The notes beneath the pieces are model-generated. The model was not told the origin of the DNA. It made no database searches and saw only the letters and a list, made by a program, of their open reading frames with translations. A program made the position numbers and the translations under genes. From a virus (taxonomy: Duplodnaviria; Heunggongvirae; Uroviricota; Caudoviricetes), in IMG/VR virus record IMGVR_UViG_3300029705_000015: a DNA stretch of 64,000 nucleotides. One strand, given 5' to 3'. Position 1 is the stretch's first letter, and each line of letters starts with the position of its first letter. Positions 25,942 through 34,284 of this stretch are shown here, piece after piece.

Positions 25942-27603
25942 ATGAGCAAATTGTCTAATGCAGCAATGGAAATGCGTGAAGAGGCAACTCTGCGCAGAGA
26001 CGAAACCGTCGTCAATTTTATGGGTGGTGACTCTTATGTTATCAACCCTCTGGACACCTTGAAGATGATTACCGCGTCTTCTATTTATGGTGAGCCTTCC
26101 TATTATCGGGATAGTGCTAGCGCAAAGAAGACTTGCGGTAAATACACTCTGGATAGTCGGTATGTTACTGACTCTGTTATTCCTTCCGAGTATGAAGGTA
26201 AGCAGACCAATGTGGTTATGGAGGAGGCAATTGATGCCGCTCTGAACTACGATTTTGCAGGAACTTTGCAGTGGGCAATTGAATTGCGTAATGAGTTCAA
26301 TATGCGCTTGAATCCTCAGGTAATCATGGTTCGGGCTGCCCTGCATCCGAAGCGTGCTGAGTTTACTGCAGCAAATCCTGGTGAGTTTGATAAGATCAAT
26401 CAGCAGGTGATGTCTCGTGCCGATGAGCCGATGACTCAGATGGCTTACTACTTGTACAAGAACAAGGGCAAGAAGAACAACATTCCTTCTGTTATTAAGC
26501 GCTCTTGGGCAACTAAGCTGAGTAAGCTCGGCAGATATCCTGTTGCTAAGTACAAGAATCATGAAATCGGCATGATCAATGCGGTTCGTTTGTGTCATGC
26601 AAACTCAGCTGTCATTGATGAACTGATGACTTCTGGCACTGTTGAGGTGTCTGAAGATAAGAAGACTTGGGAGAATCTTCGCTCCGAAGGCAAGTCTTGG
26701 AAGGAAATTTTCCAGACTGTTGATATGGGTCACATGGCTCTACTTCGTAACCTGCGCGGTGTATTCAGCGAGGTAGACGATGTAGCATTCTGTAAGGAAT
26801 ATCTGGATAAGCTGAAGGCTGGTGTTCTTACCGGCAAACAGTTCCCGTTCCGTTACTATGCAGCAATGAATGCTGTTAACAGCAGTAGCAAGTGCAATCA
26901 TCGTTCTATGATCATTGATGCTCTGGAGGAGTGCTTTGACATTGCTCTTGAGAACTATCCTAAGTTAAAGGGCAAGACGATGTGTCTGTCTGATAACTCC
27001 GGGTCTGCTTGGGGCACAATGAACTCTGAGTATGGCACTGTTACAATTGCAGAAATTGACAACTTGTCTTCCGTTATTACTGCAGCTTGCTCCGAAGATG
27101 GTTATGTTGGTGAATTTGGTGACAGACTCATTGTTCATCCTGTTAGCAAGCGTCAGGGCGTCCTGAATCAAGCCAAGCAGATCTCTATGGATCGCGGTCG
27201 TAAGGTTGGTGGTTCCACCGAGGGTGGTATCTGGGAGTTCTTCTACAATGCTATCCAGAACAAGGAACATTGGGATAACATCTTCATCTACTCTGACCAG
27301 CAAGCAGGCCATGGTGGTTTGTATGGTACTTCCACTCAGTCTGCTAAGTACTCCAAGGCAGGATTCGGCTGCGGTAGTGCATGGGGTGGCAACTACATCA
27401 ACGTGTATAAGTTGATCCTGGAGTACCGTAAGAAGGTTAATCCTCATGTTAACGTCTTCTCTATTCAGACTGCAGGTTATGATAACATTGTAATTCCTGA
27501 AATGGCTTATCGTACTGCTATTCAGTATGGTTGGACCGGCAAGGAAGCGGTGTTTGCCTCTGAATACATTCGTCAGTGGAATGACATTGAAAACCGTAAC
27601 TAA
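25942..27603 (+). CDS. Ro60/Rsr-like TROVE domain protein with a C-terminal vWA domain
   Basis: The N-terminal VNFMGGDSYVINPLDTLKMITASSIYGEPSYY matches the Ro60/Rsr N-terminal pattern. The C-terminal MIDAS motif CLSDNSGSAWG indicates a vWA domain. AAGGAG RBS lies 9 nt before the ATG at 25942. Confidence 0.7.
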   Translation: MSKLSNAAMEMREEATLRRDETVVNFMGGDSYVINPLDTLKMITASSIYGEPSYYRDSASAKKTCGKYTLDSRYVTDSVIPSEYEGKQTNVVMEEAIDAALNYDFAGTLQWAIELRNEFNMRLNPQVIMVRAALHPKRAEFTAANPGEFDKINQQVMSRADEPMTQMAYYLYKNKGKKNNIPSVIKRSWATKLSKLGRYPVAKYKNHEIGMINAVRLCHANSAVIDELMTSGTVEVSEDKKTWENLRSEGKSWKEIFQTVDMGHMALLRNLRGVFSEVDDVAFCKEYLDKLKAGVLTGKQFPFRYYAAMNAVNSSSKCNHRSMIIDALEECFDIALENYPKLKGKTMCLSDNSGSAWGTMNSEYGTVTIAEIDNLSSVITAACSEDGYVGEFGDRLIVHPVSKRQGVLNQAKQISMDRGRKVGGSTEGGIWEFFYNAIQNKEHWDNIFIYSDQQAGHGGLYGTSTQSAKYSKAGFGCGSAWGGNYINVYKLILEYRKKVNPHVNVFSIQTAGYDNIVIPEMAYRTAIQYGWTGKEAVFASEYIRQWNDIENRN

Positions 27604-27739
27604 CTAAAGTAGATGGCTGAAGCGGCCGTAACAGTTCCTTCAAAAATAACATCTTACATACTCTACAAATGTTTTCTTTTGAACTCTTTTATAACTTCAC
27701 CTCCTGTTATAAATCCATTTTTTCAAACTGTTACATTTC

Positions 27740-28227
27740 ATTCTCAGCCTTTACATAGATAAACTAGATACTACGATTGTTGATGCAGTTGGTCCAGTTA
27801 CTTCGGATAATAAATTTTACTGTCAAACAAAATTTTAGTTGGTTCAAATCCAACAACGTCTATTGCGGGCGTAAGTGCTTATGCTGGAACAGTATTTCTC
27901 AACAATCTTTGAAAACATAGTTTGCTGATGCAGCTGAAAGAGTTACTTCAAATTTGACTGTTAATCAAAAACTTGAGACCACATATCTCTTTCCTTTATT
28001 CTCAGCTTCTATATAACAATAAAATATCATTTGTGATGCAGTCGAATCAGTTACTTCTTGCTTAGGGAGCACGGGGTCGTGGGTTCGAGTCCCACCTGTT
28101 CGTTTAAGCAGCGACAGTAGCTCAGTCGGGAGAGCACGTACAATAGTATTCACTGGTTCATTTATTCTCACAAATTGTTATTGTATAATATATCATATGT
28201 TTCGATGCGGTAGTTCGAGATACTTCA
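27740..28227 (+). repeat. array of four direct repeats (TGATGCAG-N6-9-(C)AGTTACTTC) with tRNA-like arms; candidate Y-RNA (YrlA-like) genes
   Basis: Repeats lie at 27781-27805, 27926-27949, 28034-28057 and 28203-28227. Each is preceded by TTATTCTCA. T-arm-like GTTGG-TTCAAAT-CCAAC sits at 27838-27854 and GTGGG-TTCGAGT-CCCAC at 28079-28095. A hairpin and a D-arm-like GCGACAGTAGCTCAGTCGGGAGAGCAC follow at 28111-28137. Confidence 0.45.
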
Positions 28228-28284
28228 ACATTGTTTTTCTGGATGTACTTAAGACCTTGAACAATTGTTCTCGAAACATCTTAT

Positions 28285-28362
28285 GGGCCCGTAGCTCAGT
28301 TTTGGGAGAGCATCTGATTTGCACTCAGAAGGTCAGGAGTTCGAGCCTCCTCGGGTCCACCA
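28285..28362 (+). tRNA. tRNA-Ala(TGC): tRNA-Ala (anticodon TGC)
   Basis: Acceptor GGGCCCG/CGGGTCC with the G3:U70 Ala identity pair, anticodon arm TCTGA-TTTGCAC-TCAGA and CCA. Confidence 0.75.
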
Positions 28363-28746
28363 GCTTACTCGAGTAAGACGCTTGTCAGTCAAGTGGTGGA
28401 ACATCTGATGGTTGACGCTGTAAAAGTTAAATGCGTTCGAGTGCGGAGCGAAGGTTGGTCGCCGCATAAACATAAATTGTATATAAAGATATAAGATATT
28501 ATGAAAGGGTTATGCGCCATGTTTGAACTTAGATTTGAACTCAATATGGATAATGGTGGATACCCTCATTATGATATTTTTAACAATCGTTGTGAAAGAA
28601 TAACATCACATGTATTGCGAATAACTTGAATGTACAGTATATATAACTGATCAGCATTGAGTGTTCGCAAGAATATTCAATGCTTTTATTTTTAGTTGAT
28701 AATTCCTTGTGCATATTATAACATATGTATATAGAATAATAGATAT

Positions 28747-28822
28747 TCCCCTATAGCTCAGTTGGTAGAGCGGCGGACTGTTAATCCGTGTGTCGCAGGT
28801 TCGAGCCCTGCTGGGGGAGCCA
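28747..28822 (+). tRNA. tRNA-Asn(GTT): tRNA-Asn (anticodon GTT)
   Basis: Acceptor TCCCCTA/TGGGGGA, anticodon arm CGGA-CTGTTAA-TCCG, TTCGAGC T-loop and CCA. Confidence 0.7.
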
Positions 28823-28931
28823 TAAATCACGGTTTAGTTTAAGTGTAAAACATCCGAATCCCAGGAACAAGACCACATTTAATTATGTGAAGATATGTAA
28901 GGTCAAGACTTACAGCCGTGTCCAAAAATAA

Positions 28932-29018
28932 GGGTCGGTAGAGCGTAGTTGGTACCGCACCGGACTGTAAATCCGGTCCTTATTGGCAGCGCTGGTTCGA
29001 GTCCAGCCCGGCCCACCA
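28932..29018 (+). tRNA. tRNA-Tyr(GTA): tRNA-Tyr (anticodon GTA), type II
   Basis: Acceptor GGGTCGG/CCGGCCC, anticodon arm CCGGA-CTGTAAA-TCCGG, long variable arm, TTCGAGT T-loop and CCA. Confidence 0.7.
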
Positions 29019-29160
29019 ATGCTTACTTTGATGAAGATGAATGTAGTCAAGTAGAAAACTTATGCCTAAGTGTACAGTTGATCATCCGGCTGTGCAGGGA
29101 CAGGATAAAACGTCGGGGAAGTTTAGATTAGTGTCACCTGTCATCCTACTTAATATATTT

Positions 29161-29238
29161 CCGGGTGTAGCTCAGTTTGGCTAGAGCGCGTGATTTGGGA
29201 TCACGAGGCCGCGAGTTCGAGTCTCGCCACTCGGACCA
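29161..29238 (+). tRNA. tRNA-Pro(TGG): tRNA-Pro (anticodon TGG)
   Basis: Acceptor CCGGGTG/CACTCGG, anticodon arm CGTGA-TTTGGGA-TCACG, T-arm GCGAG-TTCGAGT-CTCGC and CCA. Confidence 0.7.
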
Positions 29239-29241
29239 CAT

Positions 29242-29316
29242 GTCGTCATCATACAGCGGTTAGTATGCCAGACTGTCTCTCTGGTCACAGGGGTTCGAGT
29301 CCCCTTGACGGCGCCA
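29242..29316 (+). tRNA. tRNA-Asp(GTC): tRNA-Asp (anticodon GTC)
   Basis: Acceptor GTCGTCA/TGACGGC, anticodon arm CCAGA-CTGTCTC-TCTGG, TTCGAGT T-loop and CCA. Confidence 0.7.
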
Positions 29317-29694
29317 TTCTTTCATTATTGAGGAAACATTATGGCACTTGGTTTTAGTGATTTACTTGAGTCTATTGAAGATGCATCTGAAAGTTATGAT
29401 TCTGGCTGTTCTCTTTTAGCAACTTCAGATGATCTTGAATATACAAATTCGACAAGTGACAAACATGATTCTTCTTGCTCTTTATTAAATCCAACAGATT
29501 GAGGTAACTAAGAGATGACTCAGTTTCAATTTGATATGATCTGTAAGATTATTCAGAATGGTGCTCCTGTTCTTGCAAATGAACTTTGTGGTGCATTGAA
29601 TGATCTTGTTGTTGATTATAACAAACTAGTTGAGCGAATACAGAGTATTCAGGAAACAGATGTTGAATCTAAGGATGAAAATCCTTCCTGATAT

Positions 29695-29789
29695 GCTCCC
29701 GTAGCTCAATTGGTAGAGCGGCGGATTTATACTCCGTTTAGCACCAGATTAGTGCAAGGTTCTCGGTTCGAGTCCGAGTGGGAGTACCA
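29695..29789 (+). tRNA. tRNA with anticodon TAT (AUA reader) and a 23-nt hairpin inserted in the variable loop; Asn-tRNA-like backbone
   Basis: Acceptor GCTCCCG/TGGGAGT, D-arm GCTC/GAGC and anticodon arm GGCGGA-TTTATAC-TCCGTT. The variable region TTAGCACCAGATTAGTGCAAGGT contains a GCAC/GTGC hairpin. T-arm CTCGG-TTCGAGT-CCGAG and CCA follow. The backbone is nearly identical to tRNA-Asn at 28747. Confidence 0.45.
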
Positions 29790-30214
29790 CTCAATCTGAT
29801 AACTAGGAGTTGATTTACTTGAGTTCTGAAAAGAAGTGCTCTGGAGTACAGCGCATAACATATGAGGAGTTTGATAAACTACATACAAAGCAGCTGATAG
29901 CTATGCGACATACGGTAACTGATCCTTATTTCTGTGATTATATTTGTCCTGGCTGTTGTGCAAGGTATGAATGTGAAGCAGCTCGAGAACATAATTATAA
30001 AACTCTTAGAGAGGTTCTTGCTACAAGACCTCATGTGCTTAACAAACAAGAAAGTAAAGCACTTCGTAAACAGCGCAAGAAACAAGGTAAATAAGTTGAT
30101 ACGGGCAGTTAAGTATGTTTACGATATAGCTTGTTTAGCTCATGACTGTACTAGCGTATGTGTAAAAACTTAGTCGGTGCGCAACGATGTTCTTCGGACG
30201 CTGTCCTTTGATTT

Positions 30215-30289
30215 GCCTCAGTCGCCAAGCGGTAAGGCACGGTCTTCATACGGCCGCTATCGTAAGTTCAAATCTTACCTGAGGCACCA
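30215..30289 (+). tRNA. tRNA-Met(CAT): tRNA-Met/Ile2 (anticodon CAT)
   Basis: Acceptor GCCTCAG/CTGAGGC, anticodon arm CGGTC-TTCATAC-GGCCG, T-arm GTAAG-TTCAAAT-CTTAC and CCA. Confidence 0.65.
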
Positions 30290-30303
30290 AGAGGAGATAA
30301 CTA

Positions 30304-30564
30304 ATGGTTGGTCAGAATTATACTTTTACAATGACTCCTGAAGAATACCATCTATATGAACAATGGTGCAAAGAAAATCATCTGGATGAATATTCAGGGG
30401 CAGCTGGTGGTAATGTGGGGTTTGAAATTATTCCTACATCACTTGGAGAAATTGTAACAGTTTTTGCTCATATTGTTGTTCGTGATGAACTTGGTGAAGT
30501 CAGTCATGATAAGAATGGCGTTCCTAAGAGAAAGCGGATTGAATATGTGCTTCGTGATATCTAA
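30304..30564 (+). CDS. hypothetical protein (between tRNA genes)
   Basis: GAGGAG RBS. 86 aa. Confidence 0.45.
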   Translation: MVGQNYTFTMTPEEYHLYEQWCKENHLDEYSGAAGGNVGFEIIPTSLGEIVTVFAHIVVRDELGEVSHDKNGVPKRKRIEYVLRDI

Positions 30565-30567
30565 TAT

Positions 30568-30644
30568 GCTTCCGTAGCTCAGTTGGCTAGAGCACCTGAC
30601 TCTTAATCAGGGTGTCCTCGGTTCGAACCCGAGCGGGAGTACCA
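30568..30644 (+). tRNA. tRNA-Lys(CTT): tRNA-Lys (anticodon CTT)
   Basis: Acceptor GCTTCCG/CGGGAGT, anticodon arm CCTGA-CTCTTAA-TCAGG, TTCGAAC T-loop and CCA. Confidence 0.65.
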
Positions 30645-30650
30645 ATACAT

Positions 30651-30729
30651 ACATCCGTAGCTCAGTAGGAATTAGAGCGCTTGACTACGAATCAAGAGGT
30701 CGTGGGTTCGAGTCCAGCCGAGGACACCA
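30651..30729 (+). tRNA. tRNA-Arg (anticodon ACG)-like with a non-complementary acceptor stem (possible pseudo or chimeric tRNA)
   Basis: 5' ACATCCG-TA-GCTC...GAGC, anticodon arm CTTGA-CTACGAA-TCAAG. The 3' side CCAGC-CGAGGAC-A-CCA does not pair with the 5' acceptor. Confidence 0.35.
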
Positions 30730-30772
30730 AAACTTGTATATGATTTCATATAGAATTATATAGAGGTTGAAT

Positions 30773-31144
30773 ATGAAATTCAAACGTGTAAATGATATTG
30801 ATGAGCGATTTACTAACGAGTATAGTAAAAAGGATCATCACTCTCGACATGTTGTTAAGAATCGAGAATATCCACCCATAACAGAAACAGAGTATGAAGC
30901 AATTGCGGACAAGCTTGCTCTCACACCTGTAGATCACAGAACTATCTTCGGTTATCAAACAACTGCTCCTGAAGGTGACTCAAGAGTTCGGTATGCAAAG
31001 TATAACAAGGAAACCGGTGATTTTGTTGTATACGGATACAAAGGCTCGGAGCCAATGATTATATCTTTACACAAGAAAACATGGCGCCAATTCAATACTG
31101 ATATGACTGTTAAATATCAGGATGAAATTCCTGCAGGAAAATAA
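30773..31144 (+). CDS. hypothetical protein
   Basis: AGAGG RBS lies 7 nt before the ATG at 30773. Confidence 0.5.
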   Translation: MKFKRVNDIDERFTNEYSKKDHHSRHVVKNREYPPITETEYEAIADKLALTPVDHRTIFGYQTTAPEGDSRVRYAKYNKETGDFVVYGYKGSEPMIISLHKKTWRQFNTDMTVKYQDEIPAGK

Positions 31145-31145
31145 G

Positions 31146-31174
31146 TTGAATTATTTCCATACATATATTATAAT
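31146..31174 (+). promoter_or_regulatory. sigma70-like promoter (TTGAAT-17-TATAAT)
   Basis: Conserved motif. Confidence 0.45.
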
Positions 31175-31204
31175 TGTAGTATAATAATTGTGGAGGGAAT
31201 AGTT

Positions 31205-31420
31205 ATGAAGAGAATCAACGAAGTTCTTGCTCAGGATATCATAGATGAACAGATTGCCTCAGGATATCAGTTGACAGTGTGTCCTGTTTGTGGTAATGAG
31301 ACTTTTGATGATTATTCCATCTGCCCGCACTGTGGTTGGGAACAGGACGGAACAGTTGATCTAGATCAGTATTCTTCTGCAAATGGTTCCTCCATTCATG
31401 AATATAGAAAATCCTTGTAA
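31205..31420 (+). CDS. zinc-ribbon protein
   Basis: GGAGGG RBS. CPVCG...CPHCG motif. Confidence 0.5.
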   Translation: MKRINEVLAQDIIDEQIASGYQLTVCPVCGNETFDDYSICPHCGWEQDGTVDLDQYSSANGSSIHEYRKSL

Positions 31421-31468
31421 ATTTACACGATTTCAATGATTTTCCTTGTATACATTATATGTAAATAT

Positions 31469-31546
31469 TGCAGAGTAGAGAAGTGGCCTATCTCGCAAGC
31501 CTCATAAGCTTGAGACCGTTGGTTCGAATCCAACCTCTTGCAACCA
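31469..31546 (+). tRNA. tRNA-Met (anticodon CAT)-like with a bulged acceptor stem
   Basis: D-arm GAGA/TCTC, anticodon arm CAAGC-CTCATAA-GCTTG and T-arm GTTGG-TTCGAAT-CCAAC. The acceptor TGCAGAG/CTCT-T-GCA has one bulged U, followed by A-CCA. Confidence 0.4.
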
Positions 31547-31805
31547 TAAATCAGATGCTATTTGGTAGTAAAAGTACGATGCCGAAAGGTAAGAAAATAG
31601 CTATGTCCATTTCTTGCGACCTTTTAATGGTGAAGATATAGTGGTCTTCACGAATGGATGTCCTGCTTGGAGAATCGGGAGTGCAGGAGTAGCATCATAA
31701 GACCACATCGGGAAGTATCCTCACGCTATATCACAAGACGGTATGGGATGACTTAATAGAAAGTAGAGGCTAGTGGTGTCTTTGTGTTTCGCTTCCCGCT
31801 CATTT

Positions 31806-31843
31806 GCCGGTATAGCTCAGTTGGTAGAGCAGCTGATTTGATT
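31806..31843 (+). other. tRNA 5' half (acceptor, D-arm and 5' anticodon stem) truncated at the homing-endonuclease gene
   Basis: GCCGGTA-TA-GCTC-AGTTGGTA-GAGC-A-GCTGA-TTTGATT runs directly into the endonuclease ORF. No matching 3' half lies downstream. Confidence 0.45.
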
Positions 31844-31870
31844 ATTGTATATAAATATGCATAAGTAATA

Positions 31871-32569
31871 ATGGAGCATATTTATATGAGCGAAGAAACT
31901 AAGTTTCAGTGTGAATACTGTAATAAAATATGCAAAAATGCTAATAGTTTAGCACAGCATCAGATAAGATGTTCTTCAAATCCAAATAGAATTCACTCTT
32001 CCTTTGTTGCTGGTTTTAATACAAAAGGAAGACAAGCTTGGAATACTGGGCGTACAAAAGAAACAGATGAGCGTGTGGCAAAACAAGCGGAACAACAACG
32101 CAAGTTTTATGAAACACATCCTGGAACATTTACAGGAAAGACTCATACTGAAACATATAAGTTAATGATGAGTGAACTTGCTCATGAACGAGGCCTTGGT
32201 GGGTTCAATATGAGAAGCAAGGGCATTCATTATCATGGATCAAAATTAGATTCAACTTATGAGCTAGCTGTTGCTCAGTCTCTTGATGAAAACAGTATTG
32301 TTTGGGAGAGACCAAAATCATTTACATATGTTGGATTTGATAACAAACAACATAGATATGTCCCTGATTTCTATCTTCCAGATTATGACATTTATCTTGA
32401 TCCGAAAAATGATTTTCTAATCAACAATGTTAATCCTGGTCTTGGTTACAATGACTGTGACAAGATTAAACTTGTTGAACATCAGTTGGGAATTAGAGTC
32501 TTAATTCTTGATTCAGAGCATCTTACATGGGACAAGATAAAATCTAAGATTGATGCCGAAGTCCCATAG
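31871..32569 (+). CDS. homing endonuclease-like protein (zinc finger, NUMOD3, PD-(D/E)xK)
   Basis: CEYCNKICKN finger, NUMOD3-like AWNTGRTKETDERV and GKTHTETYKLMMSE motifs, and a C-terminal YVPDFYLPDYDIYLDPK. Ends at TAG. An alternative start is the ATG at 31886. Confidence 0.6.
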   Translation: MEHIYMSEETKFQCEYCNKICKNANSLAQHQIRCSSNPNRIHSSFVAGFNTKGRQAWNTGRTKETDERVAKQAEQQRKFYETHPGTFTGKTHTETYKLMMSELAHERGLGGFNMRSKGIHYHGSKLDSTYELAVAQSLDENSIVWERPKSFTYVGFDNKQHRYVPDFYLPDYDIYLDPKNDFLINNVNPGLGYNDCDKIKLVEHQLGIRVLILDSEHLTWDKIKSKIDAEVP

Positions 32570-32640
32570 CGGCCGATTGGACCGGATTTGTAACCCGGTG
32601 GCTCCTGCCCGCGTCGGTTCGAATCCGACCTTCGGCTCCA
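32570..32640 (+). other. tRNA 3' remnant lacking a D-arm (anticodon TGT-like loop, T-arm, acceptor 3' strand, CCA)
   Basis: ACCGG-ATTTGTAAC-CCGGT, variable region, T-arm GTCGG-TTCGAAT-CCGAC, then CTTCGGC-T-CCA. The 5' GCCGATT pairs only 5 of 7 and there is no D-arm. Confidence 0.4.
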
Positions 32641-33379
32641 TAAAAATTGAATCTTGACAAGTGCATAGTAAAATATATAATCATTGACAACTCAGTGCAG
32701 AACGAATACCATCGTGCTGAGAACTCGATCCTGCCTGCGGGCGCCTGGAATGCGAAAAACATTCACGAACGATAGCTTGTGATAGCTAGAGGGTTTATGG
32801 AGTGATTCATAGATTCCGCCTCTGAACTGAGGTCCAGGATGGAAGGGTGTGCTGACATAGTTGTAATCAAAGATACCGTCTTATCGCTCCCACAATAGAC
32901 AGCTTGGTTAACAGCCGAGCCGAATCCAAGTTAGGTATTAGCTGGTGACTGTTACAAACCTTGGAAAGACCAACAAGGAAGTTTGCGTTGATCCCTCAGC
33001 AATGAGGAGTATAAGATAAGGTCGGAGGTGCGAGTAGCTCAAACGCAATTGACGTAAGATGATGCTGTAAAGAACTTGGATAGTAATAGAAAAAGTTACT
33101 AATATTATCAAAATTTCTGAATGGCGAGTGAAAGTTGCAAGTACCCAATCTTGCATGGGATTTGGAATTACTAGTTGAGAATTTACCGAGTAATCGGTAT
33201 CAGGTCCTATGTTAATTCTGGGGCAAGAAGTTTATGGTGGACGCATCATAGGCTCAGACTTGTCTCCCCATTGATCGAATATGGTTGAGGACTAAACAGT
33301 TGGTAAGGCGAAGGCCTGTTGATGAACTTATATATTTTACTATGTGCTTGTCTGAGTGTTTTTCATTCCTCCTTTCGTG

Positions 33380-33421
33380 ATAACGAGCTTGTCGATAAGT
33401 TGACAAGCTCGTTATTTGTTT
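33380..33421 (+). terminator. rho-independent terminator
   Basis: 14-bp hairpin ATAACGAGCTTGTC/GACAAGCTCGTTAT followed by TTTGTTTG. Confidence 0.6.
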
Positions 33422-33452
33422 GTTCATTTCTACAATAACTGTTATTTTATAG

Positions 33453-33481
33453 TTGATTACACTACATAACTATTATATAAT
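33453..33481 (+). promoter_or_regulatory. sigma70-like promoter (TTGATT-17-TATAAT)
   Basis: Conserved motif. Confidence 0.5.
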
Positions 33482-33513
33482 ACTAGTGTAAAATATAACA
33501 TGGAGGTAATGTT

Positions 33514-33783
33514 ATGAAGTATGGCAAATGTAACTTTGATTCAGTTAGATGGATAGTCAGAGATGATGATGGTTCCCTTGAATGGAAAGAAGGAACCTTG
33601 GAAGAAGCCAAAGCTGATATTGAGCAGGATTCCGGAACATGTGCACTTTTCTTTCCAAAAGATGTTGAAGGATTAGGTCATCCTATCAATCCTGATGTAA
33701 GCAGAACTCAGTTTGAAAAGGAACCTGGAATCTTTGGTGTCTGTTACTACAAGGGGTGGAGTGGTTATGTGTTTGAGGGATGA
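33514..33783 (+). CDS. hypothetical protein
   Basis: GGAGG RBS. Confidence 0.5.
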   Translation: MKYGKCNFDSVRWIVRDDDGSLEWKEGTLEEAKADIEQDSGTCALFFPKDVEGLGHPINPDVSRTQFEKEPGIFGVCYYKGWSGYVFEG

Positions 33784-34009
33784 AAATGTTAATCTTCGTC
33801 ACGTCTTCAAAATTGAAATTTACAACAGCATTGGTCCTCTTGAACAAGACGAAGTAATTCTTTACAATGCTGATAAAATTGACGAAGAAACCGCCCTTCA
33901 AGTTGTAAGGGCAGGAGCATACAGTGAGTATGTGTTGCATATGAGTATGCGACATTTTGAGGCACTATTTTTGAACAAGGAGCGTGATCCGTTTTGTCCT
34001 TTGGTGTAA
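33767..34009 (+). CDS. hypothetical protein
   Basis: GGAG RBS before the ATG at 33767. Overlaps the upstream gene's end. Confidence 0.4.
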   Translation: MCLRDENVNLRHVFKIEIYNSIGPLEQDEVILYNADKIDEETALQVVRAGAYSEYVLHMSMRHFEALFLNKERDPFCPLV

Positions 34010-34284
34010 TACAGTATAAGAGTCCTTTCCGTTGTGTTCCTCGAAATCCAAATCACATCTGTGGATTTTGCGGTACAAACGTAGATGTTAAGTATGCGTA
34101 TGATGTGGAATCATCTGAAAATTATCCTGAAGCTTCCAGGGCAGATGCAACCTCGGTTTATAGTTGCAGTTCTTGTACTCTTAGGAAAATGTATCATGTT
34201 CCTTCAAACCCTCTACAGTATGAATTTGATCTTGGAGATCTCCACTGCAAATGCAAACCTTGCTCGTCAAGAGAAGGAAATTGA
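33994..34284 (+). CDS. hypothetical Cys-rich protein (TTG start; possibly the frameshifted N-terminal part of the downstream gene)
   Basis: Cys-rich ORF overlapping the 34220 ORF in another frame. Confidence 0.3.
   Translation: MSFGVIQYKSPFRCVPRNPNHICGFCGTNVDVKYAYDVESSENYPEASRADATSVYSCSSCTLRKMYHVPSNPLQYEFDLGDLHCKCKPCSSREGN

Noticed and set aside
27740-28227. Direct repeats downstream of the TROVE gene as a possible CRISPR array
   Set aside because: Repeat spacing is irregular (about 120-250 bp) and the repeats are short composite motifs with tRNA-like arms, not 28-37 nt CRISPR repeats with uniform spacers.
31190-31204. GTG or TTG starts lying inside Shine-Dalgarno sequences (31190, 35030, 52293, 5197, 45967)
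   Set aside because: The upstream start overlaps the GGAGG RBS itself. The ATG 7-10 nt downstream is properly spaced.
32585-32599. Treating the tRNA 5' half at 31806 and the 3' remnant at 32570 as one split tRNA with the endonuclease in a group I intron
   Set aside because: The anticodon stem halves do not match (GCTGA versus CCGGT) and the acceptor strands pair only 5 of 7. They appear to derive from different tRNAs.
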